From contig CAYLXO010000003.1 in assembly GCA_964387965.1 (NCBI GenBank), positions 1-43,196 on the forward strand: a DNA stretch of 43,196 nt. Direction: 5' to 3'. Positions 26,926 through 34,958 of the stretch are shown in pieces. The stretch's first letter is position 1, and every line of letters starts with the position of its first letter. The translations under genes were made by a program, and so were the position numbers. The notes under the pieces were generated by a model. That model was not told the DNA's origin, made no database searches, and saw only the letters and a program-made list of their open reading frames with translations. The DNA comes from an uncultured Candidatus Saccharibacteria bacterium (lineage in GTDB: Bacteria > Patescibacteriota > Minisyncoccia > Phycocordibacterales > UBA9973).

Positions 26926-26944
26926 CGAGCCCCACCTCGGGCAC
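26926..26944 (+). repeat. 19-nt direct repeat of the tRNA-Leu(UAA) 3' end (18/19 identical to 26794-26812)
   Basis: CGAGTCCCACCTCGGGCAC at 26794-26812 versus CGAGCCCCACCTCGGGCAC at 26926-26944. Confidence 0.85.
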
Positions 26945-26953
26945 TAGAAACTT

Positions 26954-26989
26954 CCACAAAAAAACGCACTCTTGTGCGTTTTTTTGTGG
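26954..26989. terminator. bidirectional terminator between the tRNA operon and the giant surface-protein gene
   Basis: Perfect 16-bp stem CCACAAAAAAACGCAC-tctt-GTGCGTTTTTTTGTGG. Confidence 0.8.
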
Positions 26990-26993
26990 AAAA

Positions 26994-29900
26994 CTACTTA
27001 CAACCAAGAATTTTGTTAGCTTTCGTAATAGTTAATTTCCGTATCAGTCCTGTTGGATATTTTAATCCAGCGGGAGCTAATACATCGGTTGAATATTTTG
27101 TCTGAAATTTTTTAACTGCAGATATTGTCTGCACACCAAAGTATCCAGTTACTGGAAGCTTGAGAGAAAGTTCTTGATTCAAAAATGCTTGCCATAATTT
27201 TACTTGCGACACGTCATTGTTCTTCGACAAATAGATAAGTGTCGTTGAAACAAATGGGTTACATTCATATTCTTTATTATCAATTGGAGATATATATGTT
27301 AAACGCTCATTCAAGTTTTTAAGCGGTGGTCGTCCATACTGAATACGTCCCCCTCCACCACCGAGAGATGGAGCTACAGGCGTTGCAGATTCTGTACTTG
27401 ATGCTGTACTGGTTCCTGATGCATTTATTGTCGAAACACGAAAATCGTAATTTGAACCGTTTGAAAGTCCCGTTACTGTTGCGCTTGTACTTGTGGATGT
27501 ACCATCTGCAAATGTAGTCCATGAAGAATCTGCGTGTAGTTTATACTCGATGAGATAATCAGTTATTGAAGATCCTCCATTTGAAAGTGGTGCAGTCCAT
27601 GTGAGTGCTACTGTTGTGTTTCCAGCAGTTGCCGAAAGTCCCGTCGGCGCACCTGCAGTAGTGATAGGTATTCTGCTAATAGTTGCTGAAGGAAGACCTG
27701 TTCCAACACTATTTATTGCAGAAACACGAAAACTATAAATTGAACCATTTATTAATCCTGTAACGGTTGCACTCGTACTTGTTGAAACACCATCGGAAAA
27801 TGTATTCCATCCTACACCGTCATAGTATTCAACGAGATAATCCGTAATTGCTGAACCACCGTCAGAATCTGGTGCGGTCCATGTGAGTGCTACTTGAGTA
27901 TTTCCAGATGAACCAGTCAATAAACTAGGAGCATCAGGTTCTACAGCTGAGCTTGTACTTGCACTTGCAGTACCAGATGGTGAACTTGTAGCAACCGCTG
28001 TTACTGTTGAGACTCTAAACATATAGCTTGTCCCATATGAAAGACTAGTAACGGTAGCAGATGTAGTGTTTGATACTCCATCATCAAACGTTGACCATGA
28101 AATTGCACCAGTAGTTTTGTATTCAACAAGATAATCAAGAATTATCGATCCACCGTCAGAAACTGGAGCTGTCCACGACAAGCTTACTTCTGCTGTACCA
28201 CCTACGCCATTAAGACTTGTTGGAGAGCCGGGAGTTGTTACGGGGACTGCATACGACACAGCCGTTGGTGCTCCTGTTCCATACTCATTTACAGCAGACA
28301 CGCGAAACATGTATGACGTACCGTTAGTAAGACCTGAAATTGTCGCACTTGTGGTTGTTGATGCTACATGACTATATGCACTCCACACAGACGCACTCGC
28401 AGTTTTGTATTCAATATAATAATCAGTAATAGCTGAACCATTAGTATTTTCAGGTTCCGTCCATGTAAGGCTCGCCTGTGTGTTGCCTGATGTAACTGAA
28501 AGATCTGTTGGTACCGCAGGAACTGATGGACTTGTAATGGCCTCATCAAATGCTACTGCCCAATCGTACAATCGTTCTCCGGTACCATTTGATGCGGGAG
28601 AAGTTGTCGTGTCAGTATCGCGAATATTTCCCCCTACTGCTCCAGAATCGCCCGGCCCTCCACATGTAGCATACGCGTTATCATTTGGATGATTTTCACA
28701 TGTCCATGCATAACGAATGTGTGGATCAGTTCCATCAGGTGTACCAGACAAAGTAATTACAACCTTTTTATTTGTGGCATCAAGCACAACTGAGGATATT
28801 GATAGCGAACTTCCTCCAGTCTGATAAAATTCAAACCCTTTATTTGTTCGAAGAGCAACATTTGTTGTATCAACGGCGAGTGTACCTTCAGGAATATGGT
28901 AATCAATTGTGACGACGTTAGCCTCGTTTGTCACGGCAAGTGGCATGAGTGGGTTCCATGTCTCCCCGTCTACAAGTACTTTTTTCATAACTTTCGCATA
29001 CAATTCGCCAAGCATTTTTGAACCAAGACTTGAGAGATGTAGACCATCTGAATAATATCCGAGTTGGTACTTTGGCCCTACAAGTATGACTTTCCCTGAA
29101 TTATTTTTATGAGCATCCAGTTGAGCCACTGCGATTGTGCCTTCAGAATTAGTATTCATTTGAGACTCGAAAAGCGGAATTGAATCCGAGCGTCCAGTAA
29201 GTGCATTCCAATCACTCTCATAATCTATTTGCATCTGTGCTGTCTCAGATTCGTACGTACTTGCTGAAGTCCCTGCGATTGCGTCACTTTCCCCATGAGT
29301 AAGTGTGACACCAAATGGTAAATAATACGCACCCGCAGCAACTGTCTGTGCCTGTACTACAGAGGCTTGTGTTTGTCCGTTTGTATAGGCACTACCTGAA
29401 CCACCTTTTTTAATTGATGCGTATGTCTGCCCTCCCTGACCGTGAATCGTATCGACGAATACTGGATTACCAGACAGTGCAGCAGAAAGATAGTTTGCAC
29501 GACCAGATGCTGGAGACTCTCGTCCGTTCACTGTTTCAACAAGCGGGATAAGTGGAGCACTCAATCCTCCATCAGGACTATTTGAAAGACTTTTATTGTT
29601 ATATGGTTGTGTCGCAGTAAGTGCAGGTGATGAATTAACTCCTTCCGAAAGACTTTGTCCTGTTGAAAGAATGTGACGATATATCGAAGATCCTGCTCCC
29701 ACTGTTATTGCAGATGAAGCAACGCTCGTACCAACGGAATTTACTGCAGAAACTCGAAACATGTATGTTGTTCCGTTTGTAAGCCCAGTCACAGCTCGTG
29801 ACGTAGCAGTACTTGCACTATGAGAAAATGTAGACCATGAACCCGCAGAAATTGTCTTATATTCAATTTGATAATCAGTAATCGATGCTCCTCCATTATT

Positions 29901-31892
29901 TGCTGGAGCAGTCCATGAAAGAGAAACTTGGGTATTTCCCCCTGTTCCAGAGAGATTTGTTGGTGCATTTGGTTCAGTATGTGTTGATGACGGTGTACGG
30001 GAAATTGAACTTGTTGCGGTTCCAGCACCGGCATCACTAACAGCAGAAACACGAAAATCATAACTCACACCGTTTGTTAGACTTGTAACAATTGCACTTG
30101 CGCTTGTTGATACACCATCATTAAAAACATACCAAGTAGCCCCACTTGTTGTTTTGTATTCAACCATGTAGTCAGTAATATCATAACCTCCACTTGAAAC
30201 TGGAGCAGTCCAGGTGAGAGAAACTTGTTGGTATCCTGCTGTACCAGAAAGACTCGCCGGAGTTCCTGGCGCTGCCAAGGTTGTAAATGTTCTATCAATA
30301 CCGCAGCCTGTTCCAGCAGAGTTTTGTGCACACGCGCGATAATGATATGTTGTCCCCGCAGTAAGACCCCGTACTGATTCATTAAATGAACCAGTACTAA
30401 ATGACCCTGTATCTGCTACACTTTGCGATCCATAGCTAATAGTTGTTCCATATTCAATGTATCGTGACGTTGGATTTTCTCCTCCAGTAGAAGAAATTGT
30501 TCCTGTAAGAAGTGCACTTCCATGTGTAATCCCCGATGTTGTACTTGAAGTAGTAACAGTTGGCGCTACAGGACACGCACTCGTTGTAAACGATTGATCA
30601 GAACCAGTCCCTGTTCCACCTGTATTTGTGGCAAATGCTTGGTAATGATACGTCGTATTACACACAAGCCCAGTAATACTTGCTGTATAGGCGCCAGCAC
30701 TATAACTTCCACTTGTCGAAGAAGTCGTCCCATATCCAGTAGTAAGCCCATAATAAAATCCGCGCGTAGTAGGATTCTCATTCCCTGTCGAAGTTATGTT
30801 TCCGTTAAAAGTTGCTGTAGTTGTTGTAACAGAAGAAGCTGCACTTGTTGTAACACTTGGAGCAGACACAGGAGGAGTTCCTGCTGTCCAAATATCAGTA
30901 CTCGTTCCACCGATTACCCAATACGCACCGTCTGACGAAGAAGCAGCTTTTTTCCATGTCGCAGTGCCAGGTCCCGTCTCAGTCGTCCAGTTTGCTCCGG
31001 AGTTTGTCGAACTACGCACATTTACCGTTGATACTGCAATAAGCTTCGTGCCATCACTCGACATGGCAACAGATTGCCACAATCCTCCGCCACCAGTTCC
31101 TGCGTCAGTTTGATCAGTCCAGTTTACCCCTGAGTCGCTTGATGTATACAAATCTCCAGCAAACGATAATGTCGCAGCCAATTTTGTTCCATCAGATGAT
31201 GACGCAATAGATGTCCAAAAACCAAACGGAGACCCGGTACGCGCAGTCCAAGTATCTCCTGTATTTGATGATGTATAAATATAATCACCAAACATAGCCA
31301 CAGCAATTTTTGAACAGTCACTCGAACACGCAATAGCATTAGGTGTTAGAAGATCAAGTCCTGATGTGTCGGTCCAGCTTGAACCTGAATTTGTTGATTT
31401 CCAAAATCCAACCTTTCCTCCTCCGTTAGAAATCGCGACCATCGTTGCACCGTCACTCGACATGGCAAGACCAGTCCAAGAACCAGACCCAAGCGTTGAA
31501 GCATCCGTCCAGTTTGCTCCTGAATCAGTTGAATACCACAAATCTCCAGTGAGCTCACTTGCAAGTAGTACACTTCCATCAGCTGAAGAAGCCACGTGTT
31601 TCCAACGTTTCTGAAAAGCAGAGCCCCCGTTTGTGACAGTATTCCAAGTTATCCCTCCATCAGTTGAACGATACAAATATGAATCAGTGTCATAATTATC
31701 CGCTGCCAAAATTTTTGAACAATCACTTGAACACGCAATCCCTGTCCAAAAATGTGAACCCGAGGCTGTTCTATCAGTCCATGTTGTTGCAGTGGCAACG
31801 TATATAACGCGACAAAGGGATATAATCGAAACAAGAATAATAAGTAATACTTGTATGCGACCGAAGGTTAGGAATTTTTTCATAAATGTCAT
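26994..31892 (-). CDS. giant secreted multidomain surface protein: signal/TM, BNR (Asp-box) beta-propeller, 4 Fn3-like modules, SGNH/SASA-like esterase core plus beta-sandwich, 4 Fn3 modules, C-terminal peptidoglycan-binding domain
   Basis: Six Asp-box-like repeats (STDGGITW, STDSGANW, STNSGSSW, SSNTGDTW, SSDSGVNW, STNSGANW). Fn3 signatures (SLTWTAP...ITDY.IEYK...Y.FRVSA.N). TGQSLSEG, HGESD and DGLHLS esterase blocks. PG_binding_1-like VKLWQAFLN...GYFGVQTISAVKKFQ. The start is taken at the ATG at 31892, because the track start at 31907 is a GTG lying inside the -10 box. Confidence 0.85.
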   Translation of the reverse strand: MTFMKKFLTFGRIQVLLIILVSIISLCRVIYVATATTWTDRTASGSHFWTGIACSSDCSKILAADNYDTDSYLYRSTDGGITWNTVTNGGSAFQKRWKHVASSADGSVLLASELTGDLWYSTDSGANWTDASTLGSGSWTGLAMSSDGATMVAISNGGGKVGFWKSTNSGSSWTDTSGLDLLTPNAIACSSDCSKIAVAMFGDYIYTSSNTGDTWTARTGSPFGFWTSIASSSDGTKLAATLSFAGDLYTSSDSGVNWTDQTDAGTGGGGLWQSVAMSSDGTKLIAVSTVNVRSSTNSGANWTTETGPGTATWKKAASSSDGAYWVIGGTSTDIWTAGTPPVSAPSVTTSAASSVTTTTATFNGNITSTGNENPTTRGFYYGLTTGYGTTSSTSGSYSAGAYTASITGLVCNTTYHYQAFATNTGGTGTGSDQSFTTSACPVAPTVTTSSTTSGITHGSALLTGTISSTGGENPTSRYIEYGTTISYGSQSVADTGSFSTGSFNESVRGLTAGTTYHYRACAQNSAGTGCGIDRTFTTLAAPGTPASLSGTAGYQQVSLTWTAPVSSGGYDITDYMVEYKTTSGATWYVFNDGVSTSASAIVTSLTNGVSYDFRVSAVSDAGAGTATSSISRTPSSTHTEPNAPTNLSGTGGNTQVSLSWTAPANNGGASITDYQIEYKTISAGSWSTFSHSASTATSRAVTGLTNGTTYMFRVSAVNSVGTSVASSAITVGAGSSIYRHILSTGQSLSEGVNSSPALTATQPYNNKSLSNSPDGGLSAPLIPLVETVNGRESPASGRANYLSAALSGNPVFVDTIHGQGGQTYASIKKGGSGSAYTNGQTQASVVQAQTVAAGAYYLPFGVTLTHGESDAIAGTSASTYESETAQMQIDYESDWNALTGRSDSIPLFESQMNTNSEGTIAVAQLDAHKNNSGKVILVGPKYQLGYYSDGLHLSSLGSKMLGELYAKVMKKVLVDGETWNPLMPLAVTNEANVVTIDYHIPEGTLAVDTTNVALRTNKGFEFYQTGGSSLSISSVVLDATNKKVVITLSGTPDGTDPHIRYAWTCENHPNDNAYATCGGPGDSGAVGGNIRDTDTTTSPASNGTGERLYDWAVAFDEAITSPSVPAVPTDLSVTSGNTQASLTWTEPENTNGSAITDYYIEYKTASASVWSAYSHVASTTTSATISGLTNGTSYMFRVSAVNEYGTGAPTAVSYAVPVTTPGSPTSLNGVGGTAEVSLSWTAPVSDGGSIILDYLVEYKTTGAISWSTFDDGVSNTTSATVTSLSYGTSYMFRVSTVTAVATSSPSGTASASTSSAVEPDAPSLLTGSSGNTQVALTWTAPDSDGGSAITDYLVEYYDGVGWNTFSDGVSTSTSATVTGLINGSIYSFRVSAINSVGTGLPSATISRIPITTAGAPTGLSATAGNTTVALTWTAPLSNGGSSITDYLIEYKLHADSSWTTFADGTSTSTSATVTGLSNGSNYDFRVSTINASGTSTASSTESATPVAPSLGGGGGRIQYGRPPLKNLNERLTYISPIDNKEYECNPFVSTTLIYLSKNNDVSQVKLWQAFLNQELSLKLPVTGYFGVQTISAVKKFQTKYSTDVLAPAGLKYPTGLIRKLTITKANKILGCK

Positions 31893-31898
31893 TTGTAA

Positions 31899-31926
31899 AT
31901 AATACACCTAACATGGTTAATTTTCA
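31899..31926 (-). promoter_or_regulatory. promoter of the giant gene, TTGAAA-N16-TATTAT, apparently leaderless
   Basis: On the minus strand: TTGAAA (31926-31921), 16 nt, TATTAT (31904-31899), then 6 nt and the ATG at 31892. Confidence 0.5.
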
Positions 31927-31948
31927 ATCGAGGAATGTGAAAAAATAC

Positions 31949-31976
31949 CTTGAAATAATACAAGAATAAGGTATAC
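31949..31976 (+). promoter_or_regulatory. tRNA-Lys / tRNA-Leu promoter TTGAAA-N16-TATACT
   Basis: TTGAAA (31949-31954), 16 nt, TATACT (31971-31976), lying 16 nt before the tRNA-Lys 5' end. Confidence 0.55.
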
Positions 31977-31992
31977 TGAATCCTGTTTTTAT

Positions 31993-32065
31993 CCGCCCAT
32001 AGCTCAGCTGGTAGAGCACTCGCCTCTTAAGCGATTGGTCGTTGGTTCGATTCCAACTGGGCGGA
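31993..32065 (+). tRNA. trnK(CUU): tRNA-Lys (anticodon CUU), no encoded CCA
   Basis: Acceptor CCGCCCA/TGGGCGG, D arm GCTC-AGCTGGTA-GAGC, anticodon loop CTCTTAA, T arm GTTGG-TTCGATT-CCAAC. There is one C-U mismatch at the top of the anticodon stem. Confidence 0.85.
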
Positions 32066-32214
32066 CAAGACTGAAAATAGCGAACTCTCTCGCTACTTTC
32101 GGTAATTGTTCGAAACATAGCTATATTTTGTTGGATAAAAAACCACAAGCTGGGACTACCAAATTTCAGCAATGATATACGCTTAACATAAATAGAATTA
32201 TCCAAAAATATCAC

Positions 32215-32296
32215 GCCGAGGTGGCGAAATTGGTAGACGCACCTGCCTTAGGAGCAGGCCCCGCAAGGGATGGAAGTTCGAGTCTTCTCCTCGGCA
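32215..32296 (+). tRNA. trnL(UAG): tRNA-Leu (anticodon UAG), type II, no encoded CCA
   Basis: Acceptor GCCGAGG/CCTCGGC, anticodon arm CCTGC-CTTAGGA-GCAGG, variable arm CCCCGCAAGGGAT, T arm GGAAG-TTCGAGT-CTTCT. Confidence 0.88.
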
Positions 32297-32342
32297 CATA
32301 CAGCACAAAACTCCCTTTTTGGGAGTTTTGTGCTGTATGTGC
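32294..32342 (+). terminator. 22-bp perfect hairpin starting inside the tRNA-Leu(UAG) 3' end (terminator or processing element, no U-tract)
   Basis: GCACATACAGCACAAAACTCCC-ttttt-GGGAGTTTTGTGCTGTATGTGC. Confidence 0.5.
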
Positions 32343-32385
32343 CTAAATCCCCTTATTTTTCAATGTAATTTATAAGAATGATATA

Positions 32386-32414
32386 TTGACTTTTTGTCAA
32401 ATATAGTGTATAAT
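32386..32414 (+). promoter_or_regulatory. consensus promoter TTGACT-N17-TATAAT with embedded palindrome TTGACTTTTTGTCAA (candidate operator)
   Basis: Read directly from the sequence. It shares TTGAC-N5-GTCAA-(T)ATATAGTGTAT with 18547-18576, and the leader to the ATG at 32512 is ~97 nt. Confidence 0.65.
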
Positions 32415-32511
32415 ACCACAAACTAATAATACAATCTTCTGGCTAAAAACAGAATCTACATATATACAGAAAAACTATTATTTTAACCTCTTTAAAAAAC
32501 AAAAAAACAGT

Positions 32512-33705
32512 ATGACTGGAATTATTTTTACGGCCGTGTTAGCTATCCTTATACTTGGATACGTGGCCCTACGACTTTGGTGCACAAAGCTTGCACTTGC
32601 AGGAAAATTATTTGTGGTGGACCCACCACAAAATTACCTGACATTCCCACGGCGTGGTGATCATTTCAAAGAAACTCCAATCGATGGAGATTACCTACCC
32701 GACGGGTTTGTCGACGAAATCGCTCGCCACTTCTCTGGCGGTACGTTCTTCGGTTTTGCTCCAAACAACATCGCTGAAATCGACTGGCCAATTTACTTTA
32801 CAAAGTTTGCAAAAGGAAGTGGAAAAAACGACGACGAACATGGTGATCATGGTCATTCTAAAAAAACTGACCACGACAATCATGGAAATGAAAGTGAAGG
32901 CGTATCGTACAAAGTAATACGTACGAGGCAAATTCCAAAGCGCTTTGATGCTTCATTACTTTGTAGCAAGATTGATACGGAAGATGCAATTGGCCTTATG
33001 TATTTACTTAACTTACGTATCGAAATTACAAATCCGGTACAGTTCATGACACTGACACCAATTGGTGTAGGTGGAATTGAAAAAGTTCTAAATATGGCCG
33101 AAAGTGCAGTTGAGAGCTTCAATCGTAAGAGAAAGTACGCTGAAATCGTTGCGTTGTATGCAGAAGACGGTGGTAAAGATGAGTTGATAAATTACATCAA
33201 GAATAACTCCGAGATCGAACAACTTACCGGCGCAAAAATAACTAACGTAAACATGCCGGTATGGAATCTTGATGACAATTCAGAAGCATCGAAAGCAATC
33301 AAACAAGAAGCAGTGAACGCAGCAAAAGCCAAAGCTCGTGTAGCTGAAGCACAAGGTGATATTGATGTTGCAAGAAAAATGCTTGAAAAAGCCGGTATTG
33401 ATTTTGAACGCATCCAAAAAGAAAATGAGGGTATCGATGACCTTCGTCGAAAAATGGGAGATGTAAATTATCAATGGTACGTGAAGTACAAGCTAGGCGT
33501 CGCAGAACTCGAAGGTACGTACGTAGAAAGTGGTAACACTTCTTCAATAACGATACCAGCGTCAGGTAGCAAAGGAAAGCAAAATAGTGGTCAACAAACA
33601 GGAAGCAGACCGCCCAACGGGACAAATCAAGGTCCGACTGTCAGTCAGAGTAACACATCTCAAAACCAACCTTCTACTGCAGGAGGTACAAACCAAACTC
33701 CATAG
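32512..33705 (+). CDS. membrane-anchored SPFH/band-7-like protein with a His/Asp-rich insert and a low-complexity S/T/Q/N/G tail (tentative)
   Basis: N-terminal TM helix. The core IDTEDAIGLMYLLNLRIEITNPVQF is followed by an Ala/Lys/Glu-rich helix AVNAAKAKARVAEAQGDIDVARKMLEKAG, as in SPFH proteins. His-rich DDEHGDHGHSKKTDHDNHGNE. Confidence 0.45.
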   Translation: MTGIIFTAVLAILILGYVALRLWCTKLALAGKLFVVDPPQNYLTFPRRGDHFKETPIDGDYLPDGFVDEIARHFSGGTFFGFAPNNIAEIDWPIYFTKFAKGSGKNDDEHGDHGHSKKTDHDNHGNESEGVSYKVIRTRQIPKRFDASLLCSKIDTEDAIGLMYLLNLRIEITNPVQFMTLTPIGVGGIEKVLNMAESAVESFNRKRKYAEIVALYAEDGGKDELINYIKNNSEIEQLTGAKITNVNMPVWNLDDNSEASKAIKQEAVNAAKAKARVAEAQGDIDVARKMLEKAGIDFERIQKENEGIDDLRRKMGDVNYQWYVKYKLGVAELEGTYVESGNTSSITIPASGSKGKQNSGQQTGSRPPNGTNQGPTVSQSNTSQNQPSTAGGTNQTP

Positions 33706-33708
33706 ACA

Positions 33709-34515
33709 ATGAGTGCAGGAAACACATCGTCCACTCAAAGTGGACAGAAGAAAAAAAGTAAGTGGTGGAAAAAGTGGTTGAAAAAGTTGATTGGTCTTAC
33801 AGTCCTTGCAGGACTGGCATGGCTTATCACACAAGCAATCATTCACACCGATTTCAGTAGTGGCATCGGTTGGAAAGGATGGGTTGCACTTACGATTCTT
33901 GTGATAGTTATCGGATTGCTATCATATGCAATCTACCTGCTAACAAGAAAAAAGAAAGCTGCAGACCCACACGGAGCAAGCACTGGTCCACACGGTGGTG
34001 CGGAACATAATCACGGAACACCCACTATGAAATTTTGGGAGTTCGTTGGAAGGGTGCTTTTACCCACTGCATTATTATTGGGAGCAAGCTGGATTATTTT
34101 TCAAAAATATCTGGTATTCAAATCTGAACAAGAAGCAGAGGAAAAAGCAAAAAGTGAATCACCGTATAAAACATATACGAGCGGTTCGCCTGCCACGCAG
34201 ACAGAAAAAAAGCATGACACGCGCATAAACAAACGCAGACTCATGCCAGGAGTATTACTACTTGTAGTAGTACCTGACGGTAATAAAATTACCGTAACCC
34301 ACACAGGTGGAGACTTTTATAGCTATGTTGGTAATGACACTACCGACTTGTTAAACAAAATGGCTCTCACTAACTGTGGAGACAACAGGGATGTACCAAG
34401 CAATCACTATATGGCATACATGCGCAAAGACAATATTATTTGTGACATAACCATAGAAGTGACTGAAGAAAATCCTTATAGTCCGTTTGAGGTGTACGAT
34501 ATCACCTTAAAATAA
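33709..34515 (+). CDS. multi-TM membrane protein with a Lys-rich N-terminus, a His-rich loop and a C-terminal soluble domain
   Basis: KKKSKWWKKWLKK, three hydrophobic segments and PHGASTGPHGGAEHNHG. It lies 3 nt after the upstream stop. Confidence 0.55.
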   Translation: MSAGNTSSTQSGQKKKSKWWKKWLKKLIGLTVLAGLAWLITQAIIHTDFSSGIGWKGWVALTILVIVIGLLSYAIYLLTRKKKAADPHGASTGPHGGAEHNHGTPTMKFWEFVGRVLLPTALLLGASWIIFQKYLVFKSEQEAEEKAKSESPYKTYTSGSPATQTEKKHDTRINKRRLMPGVLLLVVVPDGNKITVTHTGGDFYSYVGNDTTDLLNKMALTNCGDNRDVPSNHYMAYMRKDNIICDITIEVTEENPYSPFEVYDITLK

Positions 34516-34517
34516 AC

Positions 34518-34551
34518 AAAAGAGCCTTCGGCAACATGCCGGGGCTCTTTT
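34518..34551. terminator. bidirectional terminator between convergent operons
   Basis: AAAAGAGCC ... GGCTCTTTT outer stem with inner CGGC-aacat-GCCG. Confidence 0.7.
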
Positions 34552-34563
34552 AGTTTGTATATA

Positions 34564-34887
34564 TTACTGTACTTGTAAGTTTGGATTTGGATCAGCACCA
34601 ATTGTATTGCCGATCAGATTTAAGATTGCAAACGCACCAAACATAATCACCATTCCGAGCAATCCCCAGAGCATGTGACTTTGACCCTTTTCTCTTCCCT
34701 CTGCAGATGTTGAATTCATAAGAAACTCAAACACGCCGTACAAAAAGTACACAAGCGCTGCCGCAAACATAAGAATTATAAGCGGATTAAATATATATCT
34801 ATCGAGCTTACCGACAAATGTTGCTACTGGCGATTCGTCAGCAAATACTGTTGGTATAGCAAAATAATTTAGAAAAAGTGAGATCAT
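34564..34887 (-). CDS. small two-helix pilin-like protein A (TrbC/VirB2-type layout)
   Basis: Short signal peptide, TM1 LIILMFAAALVYFLYGVFEFL, loop NSTSAEGREKGQ, TM2 MLWGLLGMVIMFGAFAILNLI. It is paralogous to the next five genes. Confidence 0.6.
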   Translation of the reverse strand: MISLFLNYFAIPTVFADESPVATFVGKLDRYIFNPLIILMFAAALVYFLYGVFEFLMNSTSAEGREKGQSHMLWGLLGMVIMFGAFAILNLIGNTIGADPNPNLQVQ

Positions 34888-34893
34888 ATATAT

Positions 34894-34899
34894 ATTATA
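34894..34899 (-). promoter_or_regulatory. -10 box TATAAT 6 nt upstream of the pilin-like A start (leaderless)
   Basis: On the minus strand: TATAAT-atatat-ATG. It lies directly after the 34924-34949 terminator. Confidence 0.4.
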
Positions 34900-34923
34900 T
34901 AAAAGTCAGTCGCAAAAACAAAA

Positions 34924-34949
34924 CGACCCCGAGCAAATGCTCGGGGTCG
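34924..34949 (-). terminator. intrinsic terminator after pilin-like B
   Basis: CGACCCCGAGC-aaat-GCTCGGGGTCG, followed on the minus strand by TTTTGTTTTT. Confidence 0.75.
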
Positions 34950-34958
34950 AATCGTTTT

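Noticed and set aside
26443-26947. ORFs 26443..26841, 26661..26909 and 26741..26947.
   Set aside because: They span tRNA-Cys, tRNA-Leu(UAA) and the structured spacers. There is no coding signal, and the sequences are dominated by tRNA sequence.
27000-31900. Repetitive DNA in the giant gene as a tandem-repeat, CRISPR-like or mobile-element signal, plus the many 60-110 aa ORFs on both strands.
   Set aside because: The periodicity is that of diverged Fn3 coding modules of about 270-300 nt. There are no short identical repeats with unique spacers, and one long frame is open throughout.
31924-32214. A 96-aa minus-strand ORF.
   Set aside because: It runs antisense across tRNA-Lys and the tRNA spacer.
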